A stretch of DNA of 33,969 nt from positions 1 to 33,969 of the forward strand of contig JAPYTV010000001.1 of NCBI GenBank assembly GCA_029941985.1. Reading direction: 5' to 3'. This DNA is from Candidatus Pelagibacter sp. Lineage in GTDB: Bacteria; Pseudomonadota; Alphaproteobacteria; Pelagibacterales; Pelagibacteraceae. The notes under the pieces were generated by a model that saw only the letters and a program-made list of their open reading frames with translations, did not search any database and was not told the origin of the DNA. Shown piece by piece: positions 10,284 through 18,503 of the stretch (positions are counted from its first letter, which is position 1; every line of letters begins with the position of its first letter). Position numbers and translations under genes: made by a program.

Positions 10284-10867
10284 CATCAATTTCAGTATTA
10301 ACAAATGTTCATTTTAAAGGTCTTTTTGGAGATCATGAAGGTAAAAATGAAAAAGATTTATTAAATTTATCTGAAAATAAAAATTTATTAATCATTCAAA
10401 TAGTAAAATACAAAAACTCTTCAACTTCAATTAATGACATAAAAATTGACAATTTAAATTTAAAAAATGAAACACTTAATATAAGCAGCAATAATGATAC
10501 ACGAATTCTATGGAACGGACCTAATAACTGGCTTTTAGTATCAACTAAGAAAGAACTCCTAAAAGAAATAATAGAAAAATTTGATGAAACTAATTTTGCT
10601 GTTACCAATTTATCTCACTCAAGAGCTATAATTGAATTAGAAGGAGAGAACGCAAAAGAAGTATTAAAAAAAGGATGTCCTTACAATTTTAATGCGTTAA
10701 AAAAGAATAATTGTCTAAATTCAACATTTAATGGAATGTCAGTTACAATAGATGTTTTGGATGACAACCCTAATAAAATAAGAATATTTACTTTAAGAAG
10801 TTTTGGTGAGTCTTTATATCATTCTATTACAGATGCTTGTTTAGAGTTTGGTTACAAAAGCATTTAA
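10280..10867 (+). CDS. soxG: Sarcosine oxidase family, gamma subunit
   Basis: ATGA overlap with soxA; LWNGPNNWL, NLSHSR, LKKGC and RSFGE motifs; size and position fit. Confidence 0.88.
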   Translation: MTSISVLTNVHFKGLFGDHEGKNEKDLLNLSENKNLLIIQIVKYKNSSTSINDIKIDNLNLKNETLNISSNNDTRILWNGPNNWLLVSTKKELLKEIIEKFDETNFAVTNLSHSRAIIELEGENAKEVLKKGCPYNFNALKKNNCLNSTFNGMSVTIDVLDDNPNKIRIFTLRSFGESLYHSITDACLEFGYKSI

Positions 10868-11724
10868 ACTTCGTTTTTTCTTGTAGCAATAAAAACACCA
10901 AGAGTAGCTATAGCAAAACCAATAATGTCTAAATTATTTAATATCTCACCTAGAAATAACCACGCAATTATAGCTGTAGTAGGGGGTATTAAAAAAAAAA
11001 GGGAAACAGTCTTGCTTGCTGAATTTTTTTTAATTAAAAACATTAAGATCGTGAAAGCACTAAATGAAACCAAAAGTATTTGATGACTCATGGCAATTAA
11101 AAAAGTAGGAGTAAAATTAATATAAGGGTCAGTAAAAACAAAAATAATAATTATATGAAAAAGACATCCACCTATAGCTTGATACATGTTGCTTACGGAT
11201 AAAGGTAAGTTATTACTTATTTTTTTTTGCCAGAGTGTAGAGCTTGTAATTGCTAATAATGCTATGAAAGATGATACAACACCGATTACAGGAAGTTTTG
11301 AGCCAATATCAAATCCTAAAACTAATGTGGCACCTACAAATCCAAGAGCAATACCAATCCACTGTTTAAAAGAAACTTTTTCATTTAAAAACTTTTCAGC
11401 TAAAGCATTTGTTAAGATTGGTTGTAATGTGACAATTAATGCTGTGATACCAGTTGGCATCCCAATGGAAACTGAATAAAAAACACCACCAAGATAAACT
11501 CCATGAAATAGAACTCCACTAAAAATAGATTGAAGTAAATTTTTACGGCTAGCTACAATTTTCTGCTTTGTATAGATCACAAATATTAAAAAACCTAGAG
11601 CTACAAAAAAAAACCTAAAAGCTAATGCTGCAAAAGGATCGCTGTTATCTGTTATGGGTTTTGTAGTAACAAAGGCAGAAGACCACAGAATAATGAAAAT
11701 AAATGGAAAAACTCTAATCATCAT
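10864..11724 (-). CDS. DMT/EamA family inner-membrane transporter
   Basis: About 10 hydrophobic segments in two repeats; LWSSAF, ALIVTLQPILT, LFFLIPP, FLGE. Start could be the second Met at 11721. Confidence 0.88.
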   Translation of the reverse strand: MMIRVFPFIFIILWSSAFVTTKPITDNSDPFAALAFRFFFVALGFLIFVIYTKQKIVASRKNLLQSIFSGVLFHGVYLGGVFYSVSIGMPTGITALIVTLQPILTNALAEKFLNEKVSFKQWIGIALGFVGATLVLGFDIGSKLPVIGVVSSFIALLAITSSTLWQKKISNNLPLSVSNMYQAIGGCLFHIIIIFVFTDPYINFTPTFLIAMSHQILLVSFSAFTILMFLIKKNSASKTVSLFFLIPPTTAIIAWLFLGEILNNLDIIGFAIATLGVFIATRKNEV

Positions 11725-11794
11725 TATTTTATAAGTTAAATTCTTAAGTAATATCAGTCATTTTCTACTGATTATACCGATAGTAACCTCATAC

Positions 11795-11840
11795 CACCTT
11801 GAGTTGTATTTTAAAACGTGTAGAAAAGGTGTAGGGATTT
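11795..11840 (+). promoter_or_regulatory. Duplicated leader element, copy 1 (CACC-N29-GGTG dyad with TTGAGTT, followed by the SD)
   Basis: CACCTT at 11795-11800 is complementary to AAGGTG at 11826-11831. The same architecture recurs 400 nt downstream. Confidence 0.45.
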
Positions 11841-12128
11841 ATGATTATTAAAAAAATAATTTCAGGAATATTTTTTTTATGCCTTTTAAATGGTTGTATG
11901 CAAAGTACAGCTCTTTTAGGACCAATCTATGCTTATGGAACAACTGGCAATGTATATCACGCTAGTTTTAGCTATGGTTCTGATAAGATAGTTACAAGTC
12001 TTACGGGAAGATCTACAGTGGAAAATGTGGATAATTTATTAAAAGTAAAAAAACAAGATTCTGATTTAAGAAAACTAGTTAAAAAGCAAATTGTAGAAAC
12101 TAGAAAAAAATTAAATCTCATTAAATAA
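11841..12128 (+). CDS. Small lipoprotein of unknown function, paralog 1
   Basis: Basic N-terminus, hydrophobic stretch, lipobox LNG-C19, AGGGA SD. About 50 of 95 residues identical to the next ORF in a gapless manual alignment. Confidence 0.8.
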   Translation: MIIKKIISGIFFLCLLNGCMQSTALLGPIYAYGTTGNVYHASFSYGSDKIVTSLTGRSTVENVDNLLKVKKQDSDLRKLVKKQIVETRKKLNLIK

Positions 12129-12194
12129 AACCCACACTAGAAAAATCCAAAAGATATAAGACGTTAATAAATATTATAAATACATAAGAGCAAT

Positions 12195-12243
12195 CACCAT
12201 TGAGTTAGTGATTAAAATAAGTACAAGGGTGTAAGGGAAATAA
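12195..12243 (+). promoter_or_regulatory. Duplicated leader element, copy 2
   Basis: CACCATTG at 12195-12202 pairs 7/8 with CAAGGGTG at 12224-12231; TTGAGTT at 12200; AAGGGA SD. Confidence 0.45.
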
Positions 12244-12534
12244 ATGTTTATAAATAAATTAATTATAGGAATATTTTGTTTAGTGTTTCTTAATGGTTGT
12301 GCACAAAATTTTGCATTTTTGGGCCCCGCTGTTACATTAGCAAATACAGGGAGCGTATATCAGGCTGGATTAAGTTATGGTTCTGATCGAATTATTACAA
12401 GCCTTACGGGAAAATCAACAGGACAAAATATTAAAGAAATATTACAACCCAAAAAAAGCGATACAAATTTTCAAAAATTAGTTAAAAGAGAAATAGAAGA
12501 TACTAGAAAAAAACTACACTTTACTAATCAGTAA
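12244..12534 (+). CDS. Small lipoprotein of unknown function, paralog 2
   Basis: Lipobox LNG-C19; shares LGP, TGxVY, SYGSD, TSLTGxST, KLVK and TRKKL with paralog 1. Confidence 0.8.
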   Translation: MFINKLIIGIFCLVFLNGCAQNFAFLGPAVTLANTGSVYQAGLSYGSDRIITSLTGKSTGQNIKEILQPKKSDTNFQKLVKREIEDTRKKLHFTNQ

Positions 12535-12964
12535 TATTCAAAGATAAAGCATTAAGTTGCTTTGTTTCTTTACACCAAAGCTCATAGCTTTCACACATAC
12601 GCCATAAAAATTGGTGTGCTCTATTGGATGCTTCAATTAAGATATTGTTTTTTGTTTCATATAGTTCAGGTATTTTAATTAATTGTTTTATGGTTGCATC
12701 TCTTTGAATTTCTAAAAGTTTAATTGTTTCATCTGGTATTTTTTTTCCAGTTTCTTGATCTAGATAATTATTTTTTTTAAGTTCATTAAACCATTCGTTG
12801 TGAAGTGCGCCACTACTTAATTTATTGAATTCATCTGTTTCAATAAATTTATTAATAGCTTCCTTAGTATTGATATTAGGGTATTTTTTTTTAATAATGG
12901 AAATATATAAATAAATAATTTCAGCCACATATATGACGTATGGTTTTTTAGTAGTTATATTCAT
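12524..12964 (-). CDS. Hypothetical protein
   Basis: 146-aa ORF starting 4 nt after the racemase stop on the same strand; C-terminal FLWRMCESYELWC segment; no family recognised. Confidence 0.7.
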   Translation of the reverse strand: MNITTKKPYVIYVAEIIYLYISIIKKKYPNINTKEAINKFIETDEFNKLSSGALHNEWFNELKKNNYLDQETGKKIPDETIKLLEIQRDATIKQLIKIPELYETKNNILIEASNRAHQFLWRMCESYELWCKETKQLNALSLNITD

Positions 12965-12968
12965 TATT

Positions 12969-13712
12969 TTATTTGTATTTAGCCATCGAGGAAACAGCCA
13001 GTATTAAATTAGGATCTAAGAATATTTTTGATAGTTTAATTTTTTTGAAAGATTTAAATGCAAAAATAGCTATAGGTAATTCAGTACAACCAAGTATTAT
13101 TTTTTTACATTTCATTTTTAATAGATAATTGATAGCAGGTCTTATTGCTTTTTCTGCTAATTTTATATTACCCATTTTTACATATTTAATTGTTTGGTTA
13201 ACAGATTTTACTTGTAAGCTTTCAGTAGGCTTAATTATTGTAAAAAATTTTTCAAATAATTTGTTATAAATTTGAGTTTTTAATGTACCCTCTGTAGCAA
13301 GAAGACCTATTTTTGAATTTTTTTTACAATTTTTTTTTGTATGTATAAAAACTTCTTTAGGCATATTTATAATTGGAATTTTAATTTTACTTTGTAAATC
13401 TTCATACCAATAATGGGCTGTGTTACATGGAATAACAATAAACTTGCACCCACTTTTCTCAAGTGAGCGACAACCGTTTAGAAGACTTTTTAAAACTTTA
13501 TTATATTTAATTATGTTTTTTGGTTTTTCAGGAATGGTTGAAAGTACTTTTGCGTGAAGGCCAATTGATTCTGGTCTTCCAGGAATGTTTGATTTGTTAT
13601 AAAGTATAAAAAGTGGATATTCTTGATCAATTTTTCCTCTATTAAGCATCGCTAACTTGTTGCAAAAATCAAGCCCAGCTTGTGTTCCCATTCCACCTAA
13701 AATTCCAATCAT
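12969..13712 (-). CDS. Cofactor-independent aspartate/glutamate racemase family protein
   Basis: IGILGGMG start and two catalytic cysteine motifs, PCNTAH and LGCTELP. Confidence 0.9.
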   Translation of the reverse strand: MIGILGGMGTQAGLDFCNKLAMLNRGKIDQEYPLFILYNKSNIPGRPESIGLHAKVLSTIPEKPKNIIKYNKVLKSLLNGCRSLEKSGCKFIVIPCNTAHYWYEDLQSKIKIPIINMPKEVFIHTKKNCKKNSKIGLLATEGTLKTQIYNKLFEKFFTIIKPTESLQVKSVNQTIKYVKMGNIKLAEKAIRPAINYLLKMKCKKIILGCTELPIAIFAFKSFKKIKLSKIFLDPNLILAVSSMAKYK

Positions 13713-13750
13713 TAATATTTAATTATTTATAAATTTATATAATATTTTTC

Positions 13751-14098
13751 TTACAGAGGTTTATTTATACCTCTCATAAAAACTAAAATTAAGCAACCAT
13801 CTTTAGTGTAAGATGAGTGTGTAGACCCAGGTTCAAAAGTAACAAAATCTCCTTTTTTAAAAATTTTACCATCAGAATCTATAAGCTCACCTTCCAACAT
13901 TAAAAACTCTTCATAACCTGTGTGCATGTGATGTAGACTTTTAGCTTCAGGATCCATTTTTAAAAGATAAGAGCCTTGACCTCCATTTTCTCTATCGTAG
14001 CTAATTTTATGCCAACTCATTCCTGATATTGGATGGCCATAATTATCAAAAGGTTCAAATTTAATATTGTAGAGATTAGTTATTTTTCTTTTAGTCAT
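13751..14098 (-). CDS. ChrR-like cupin domain protein
   Basis: HxHxGYEEFLMLEG and GDFV..PGSTHS cupin motifs. Confidence 0.8.
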   Translation of the reverse strand: MTKRKITNLYNIKFEPFDNYGHPISGMSWHKISYDRENGGQGSYLLKMDPEAKSLHHMHTGYEEFLMLEGELIDSDGKIFKKGDFVTFEPGSTHSSYTKDGCLILVFMRGINKPL

Positions 14099-14135
14099 AA
14101 TTGATATATTCGATAATTATTAATTAATTATAAAT

Positions 14136-14894
14136 ATGCAAGATATATTCGTAGATGACTATGGAAGTGGAACTCCTTTAGTTTTGGTGCATGGTTTTTT
14201 GGGTTCTACAGACATGTGGAAACCACAAATAGAACATTTTAAGAAAAATTTTAGAATTCTTACTCCAGCTTTACCCGGTTTTGGAAAAAGCAATAAAGTA
14301 AAATCATGTGACTCAATTGAATGTATGGCTAAAGCAATACTAAATTCTTTAAAAATAAGACAGGTAGAAAAATTTAACTTATTAGGCCATTCAATGGGAG
14401 GCATGATTGTTCAAGAAATGACAAGACTGGCAAGTGATAAAATATTGAAGTTGATTTGTTATGGAACAAGTTCAAGAGGAAATATACCAGGTAGATTTGA
14501 AACAATAGATGAATCAAGAGAAAAATTAAAGATGAATGGGTTAGAGGCTACAGCTAATCGAATAGCTAAAACTTGGTTTATAAACAAAGATAAAGCAAAG
14601 TATTTTTATTTATGTGAGAATGCTGGAAAACAAACTTCTCTTGAAGCTGCTGACAATGGACTTATTGCAATGAAAAATTGGAGTGGAATAAATAATTTAA
14701 AAGACATAAAAAATGAAACCTTAATTATTTGGGGAGATCAAGATAGAGCTTATAATTATAGTCAAGTTGAAACTTTAAAAAACAATATTTCAAATAGCAG
14801 CTTAAAAATAATAAATGGTTGTTCACATAACGTCCATTTAGAAAAACCTGATGAATTTAATAATTGTGTAAGTGATTTTCTTAAAAAAACTTAA
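14136..14894 (+). CDS. Alpha/beta fold hydrolase
   Basis: VHGF oxyanion motif, LPGFGKS, GHSMGG nucleophile, WGDQD acid, SHNVH catalytic His. Confidence 0.9.
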   Translation: MQDIFVDDYGSGTPLVLVHGFLGSTDMWKPQIEHFKKNFRILTPALPGFGKSNKVKSCDSIECMAKAILNSLKIRQVEKFNLLGHSMGGMIVQEMTRLASDKILKLICYGTSSRGNIPGRFETIDESREKLKMNGLEATANRIAKTWFINKDKAKYFYLCENAGKQTSLEAADNGLIAMKNWSGINNLKDIKNETLIIWGDQDRAYNYSQVETLKNNISNSSLKIINGCSHNVHLEKPDEFNNCVSDFLKKT

Positions 14895-14898
14895 TTGG

Positions 14899-14962
14899 TA
14901 TTGGCTGAAATATTTAGCTAAATAATTAAAAAATTAATTTAATTAAAAAATTGCAGCCAATA
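14899..14962. terminator. Long imperfect hairpin between convergent genes (probable bidirectional terminator or csp 3'-UTR structure)
   Basis: TATTGGCTG at 14899-14907 is the exact reverse complement of CAGCCAATA at 14954-14962, with imperfect AT-rich pairing continuing inward. Confidence 0.55.
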
Positions 14963-14979
14963 GATAGAAAGTGTGAAAA

Positions 14980-15186
14980 TTATGCAGTTTTTAAATTTAC
15001 TGCAGAAGGGCCTTTAGGACCATCTTCAACTTCGAAAGTCAAAGCTTGACCCTCATCTAAACCATTCATGCCAGCATCTCTTACTGCTGATACGTGAACG
15101 AATACATCTTTTTCTTTATCTTCTCTTTCAATAAAACCAAAACCTTTAGTTGGATTGAACCATTTTACTTTTCCTTGTAGACTCAT
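14980..15186 (-). CDS. Cold-shock protein (CspA family RNA chaperone)
   Basis: GKVKWFN, RNP1 KGFGFI, RNP2 [14 protein letters not shown]. Confidence 0.96.
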   Translation of the reverse strand: MSLQGKVKWFNPTKGFGFIEREDKEKDVFVHVSAVRDAGMNGLDEGQALTFEVEDGPKGPSAVNLKTA

Positions 15187-15309
15187 ATTTATCTTCTTAC
15201 TTTTTGTTATGTTACTTTTTATTACTTATAATTAAGTAATTTTGACTTTGTTTAGATTTATTCAGGTTTTGTCAACTAAATTAGACCAATGATTGTAATA
15301 AAAATCACT

Positions 15310-15771
15310 TTAGTTGCCTATTAACAAGCTCATATATACTGAATTAATATCCTTTTCGTAATGTGAGAAAGGTTTGCAAACTTTAAAATTACAGCTAAGG
15401 AATAACTTCCTTGCAGGTGAAAAAAATTTTCCAGCACCGGTTTCCAGGCTTAATTTTTTGATATTTAATTTTTTTGCCTCACTTATTAAATGATTAACGA
15501 CTTTTTTTCCATTTCTTTTGTTTCTAAATCTATCATTAATTCTTATAGATTTAAATTCTCCGTGATCTTTATTTAAAAATTTTATAGCTCCACTGCCCAT
15601 TAATTGATCATCTTCCCATAAACTCCAAAATTTAATAGTGGGATCTTTAAGGCCAGCTATATCCAAGACATGAGTACTTCCTTCTGGAGATACTGATTTT
15701 AATTCGATAAAATGTTTTACTAGCAGTTCATGCACTTCTGGATTATCAAAATTTCCTTCAATTGATTTCAT
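15310..15771 (-). CDS. GNAT family N-acetyltransferase (YsnE/IAA-acetyltransferase-like)
   Basis: SPEGSTHVLD, GEFKSIR, LSLETG, F.PARKL, PFSHY..D.NS.YM. Confidence 0.85.
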   Translation of the reverse strand: MKSIEGNFDNPEVHELLVKHFIELKSVSPEGSTHVLDIAGLKDPTIKFWSLWEDDQLMGSGAIKFLNKDHGEFKSIRINDRFRNKRNGKKVVNHLISEAKKLNIKKLSLETGAGKFFSPARKLFLSCNFKVCKPFSHYEKDINSVYMSLLIGN

Positions 15772-15774
15772 ATT

Positions 15775-16824
15775 CTAATCAATTATATCTTCTAATTTAG
15801 TAATCTGACCAATTTTAAAATTAATTGCATCCTCTTTTTTAAATCCATATTTTTCAGCATTTTCTTTAAATCTTATTGGTGGTTCCATAATAGGTTCCAA
15901 TGATAAAACAAAAGTTCCCCAATGCGTTCCAATAACTTTTTTACTTTTTAAATCTTGGGCAATATTTAGAGCCTCTTCGGGTGTAGTGTGATAAATTGAT
16001 TTATCAAACATGGGTTTAAAATCATAAGCACCTATATTAATCATAGTTATATCCATTGGACCATATTTCTTACCTAGTTCTTTATAAATATTTCCGTATC
16101 CAGTATCACAAGCAAAAAATATTTTTTTATCTTTATATTCAATTAAAAAACTTCCCCATAATGTTTTGTTGTTATCTGTTAAACTTCTTTTAGACCAATG
16201 AACAGCAGGCAAGAATGTTATCTTTAAATCTTCATTAATTTTTACTTCTTCATACCAATCCATTTCTTTTACATCTTTAAATCTATGTCTTGTAAAATAT
16301 TTACCTAGTTTTAATGGAAGTAAAACCTTAGAATCTTTATATGGATATTTTCTTATGGTAGCCATATCTTGATGGTCATAATGATTGTGAGTTAATAAAA
16401 ATAAATCAGTCTTGGGAATTTCATTTAATTTTAGTGCAGGTTCGGTAAATCTATCAGGACCAAAAATTAAAGGTCCAGCATTTTTAGAAAATACAGGATC
16501 AGTTATAATTGTTGTATTACCCAATTTAATTAAATAAGTAGCATGTCCAATCCAACCAATATAATCTTTATTTTTATAATTTTCTAAATCAGATAAAACT
16601 ATTTGTTTATCTATGACATGTTCTTTTGGAATGGTCATGTCTAGTTTTTTTCTCTCTTTATTGAATATTGCATAAGACCATTTTATAGTTCCAGATCTTA
16701 CAGGTGATCCTTCAGGATTTCTAAAAGTTCCATCTGGTAAATGATGATAAGGTTTTTTTTCCATAGCTATTATTAAAGAGTTATATGTAATAATTATAAT
16801 TATAAAACCTATAAATTTTAACAT
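15775..16824 (-). CDS. Metallo-beta-lactamase fold hydrolase (NAPE-PLD/RomA-like), with N-terminal hydrophobic signal or anchor
   Basis: WIGHAT, TDPVFS, THNHYDH, PAVHWSKR, LWGSF, DTGY, IGAY, HWGTF. Confidence 0.9.
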   Translation of the reverse strand: MLKFIGFIIIIITYNSLIIAMEKKPYHHLPDGTFRNPEGSPVRSGTIKWSYAIFNKERKKLDMTIPKEHVIDKQIVLSDLENYKNKDYIGWIGHATYLIKLGNTTIITDPVFSKNAGPLIFGPDRFTEPALKLNEIPKTDLFLLTHNHYDHQDMATIRKYPYKDSKVLLPLKLGKYFTRHRFKDVKEMDWYEEVKINEDLKITFLPAVHWSKRSLTDNNKTLWGSFLIEYKDKKIFFACDTGYGNIYKELGKKYGPMDITMINIGAYDFKPMFDKSIYHTTPEEALNIAQDLKSKKVIGTHWGTFVLSLEPIMEPPIRFKENAEKYGFKKEDAINFKIGQITKLEDIID

Positions 16825-16844
16825 GCGTTTGGTGTATTATTTAA

Positions 16845-17888
16845 TTAAATTAGAGTTGTTAGATGCCCCATTTTTCTTTTGTGCTTAATTTCTTTTTTTA
16901 AATAATCAAAGAAAAATTCATTAGGGGCAAGCTGCTTATTTCGATAAATAGTTATTTGGCTTCCAATCAAATTTATCATTTTTGCATTTGAAATCTTATT
17001 AAGTGTAATTTGTTCTAAATTACATACAGCTCTTACATGGTTTTCAAATTGACTGACATTATAAGCATTTATCGTTAAGTGACCCGAATTATGAACTCTT
17101 GGTGCTATTTCATTTACATAAAGATTTTCGTTTCTATCAATAAAAAATTCTACACACAATGTACCGACATATTTTAATTCTTCAGCAAGCATCATTGCCC
17201 ATTGTTTAGATTGTTCTAATATTTTATCACTAATATCCGCAGGTATAGTTGATTGTTTTAATATTTGATCTTCGTGAATATTTTCAATTGGTTCATAAAC
17301 TTCATATTTTTTGTCACTAAATCTGGTAATTATTATAGAAATTTCTTTTTTTAGTTTAACTAATTTTTCTAGAATATAACCTTTTGAAAAATCAATATTT
17401 AATTCATTTAAATCTTCAAATGAATTTATAACGTGTTGTCCTTTACCGTCATAACCGAGAGTGGTAGTTTTAAGTAAGCCAGGTAATAAATTTTGTTCAG
17501 TATCTAGTTCAGATTTATTGGTAATTGCAACATATTGTGTTGTTCTAATATTTAATTTGTTGATAAAATCTTTTTCGGCTAGTCGATGTTGTATAACTCT
17601 ATTTATTGATGGTTTGGGGAGAACTGGTCTTATTTTATTAATTTGATTAAGAGTTTCATAAGGAATATTTTCAAATTCGTAAGTTATTATATCAGTCTTA
17701 CTTGTAAATTCATTAATTTTATTTAGATCATCATATTTTCCAAAAATAAATTCATCAGAAAATTTTTGAGCAGGTGCATCTATATCATCAGAAAAAACTA
17801 CCGTTTTAATTTTCAGTTTTTTAGCTGCTGTAGCTAACATGCTACCTAATTGGCCGCCACCTATGATTCCTAAAGTTGGTTTTGACAT
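16845..17888 (-). CDS. purK: N5-carboxyaminoimidazole ribonucleotide synthase
   Basis: GIIGGGQLG, TYEFENI, GYDGKGQ, NEIAPRVHNSGH, SQFENH, RKMGH; follows purE. Confidence 0.96.
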   Translation of the reverse strand: MSKPTLGIIGGGQLGSMLATAAKKLKIKTVVFSDDIDAPAQKFSDEFIFGKYDDLNKINEFTSKTDIITYEFENIPYETLNQINKIRPVLPKPSINRVIQHRLAEKDFINKLNIRTTQYVAITNKSELDTEQNLLPGLLKTTTLGYDGKGQHVINSFEDLNELNIDFSKGYILEKLVKLKKEISIIITRFSDKKYEVYEPIENIHEDQILKQSTIPADISDKILEQSKQWAMMLAEELKYVGTLCVEFFIDRNENLYVNEIAPRVHNSGHLTINAYNVSQFENHVRAVCNLEQITLNKISNAKMINLIGSQITIYRNKQLAPNEFFFDYLKKEIKHKRKMGHLTTLI

Positions 17889-17897
17889 ATTTTAAAA

Positions 17898-18389
17898 TTA
17901 TTTGGGTATTTTTTTAACAGATCTACTTTGACTTATCCGCCATTGTCTTAGATTTTTTTTGGTTTTATTGTCACTGATAGCGATTATAGATGCAGCTAAT
18001 AATGCTGAATTAATTGCACCGTCTTCTCCAATCGCCAAGGTTCCAACAGGTATACCTTTCGGCATTTGTACAATTGATAAAAGACTGTCTAAGCCTTTAA
18101 GTTTTTTACTTTCAATCGGCACACCTAAAACCGGCAGAGATGTTAGCGCTGAAATCATTCCAGGTAAGTGTGCAGAACCCCCAGCTGCAGCAATAATAAC
18201 TGCAATACTATTTTTTTCAGCATTTTTTGCATATTCGTACATTCTTTCTGGAGTTCTATGTGCTGAAATAACTTTAGTTTCAAATTTAATATTTAGTAAT
18301 TTAAGAACTTTTTGACATAATTTCATGGTTTTAAAGTCAGATTGACTTCCCATTACAATAGAAACTTTATTAGATTTAATTTTAGGCAT
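17898..18389 (-). CDS. purE: N5-carboxyaminoimidazole ribonucleotide mutase
   Basis: MGSQSD, SAHRTP, AHLPGM, LPVLGVP, GLDSLLSIVQMPKGIPV. Confidence 0.97.
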   Translation of the reverse strand: MPKIKSNKVSIVMGSQSDFKTMKLCQKVLKLLNIKFETKVISAHRTPERMYEYAKNAEKNSIAVIIAAAGGSAHLPGMISALTSLPVLGVPIESKKLKGLDSLLSIVQMPKGIPVGTLAIGEDGAINSALLAASIIAISDNKTKKNLRQWRISQSRSVKKIPK

Positions 18390-18503
18390 TAGGTGTTAAT
18401 TCTTTTATCACCTAAACAGTTATTTCAAATTAAAGCTTATATTTCAATAAAATTAATAGAATTTATGTTTCTTATTGATATTCTTTAAACTTAACAAAAA
18501 TAA

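Noticed and set aside
11753-11772. ATCAGT-N8-ACTGAT dyad between the divergent EamA and lipoprotein genes
   Set aside because: A single 6-bp dyad in AT-rich DNA with no regulator nearby cannot be distinguished from chance.
13751-14098. Cupin DMSP lyase (DddK/DddQ/DddW)
   Set aside because: The motif spacing (HxHxGYEE, PGSTH) fits ChrR-like cupins better; there is no positive evidence for a lyase.
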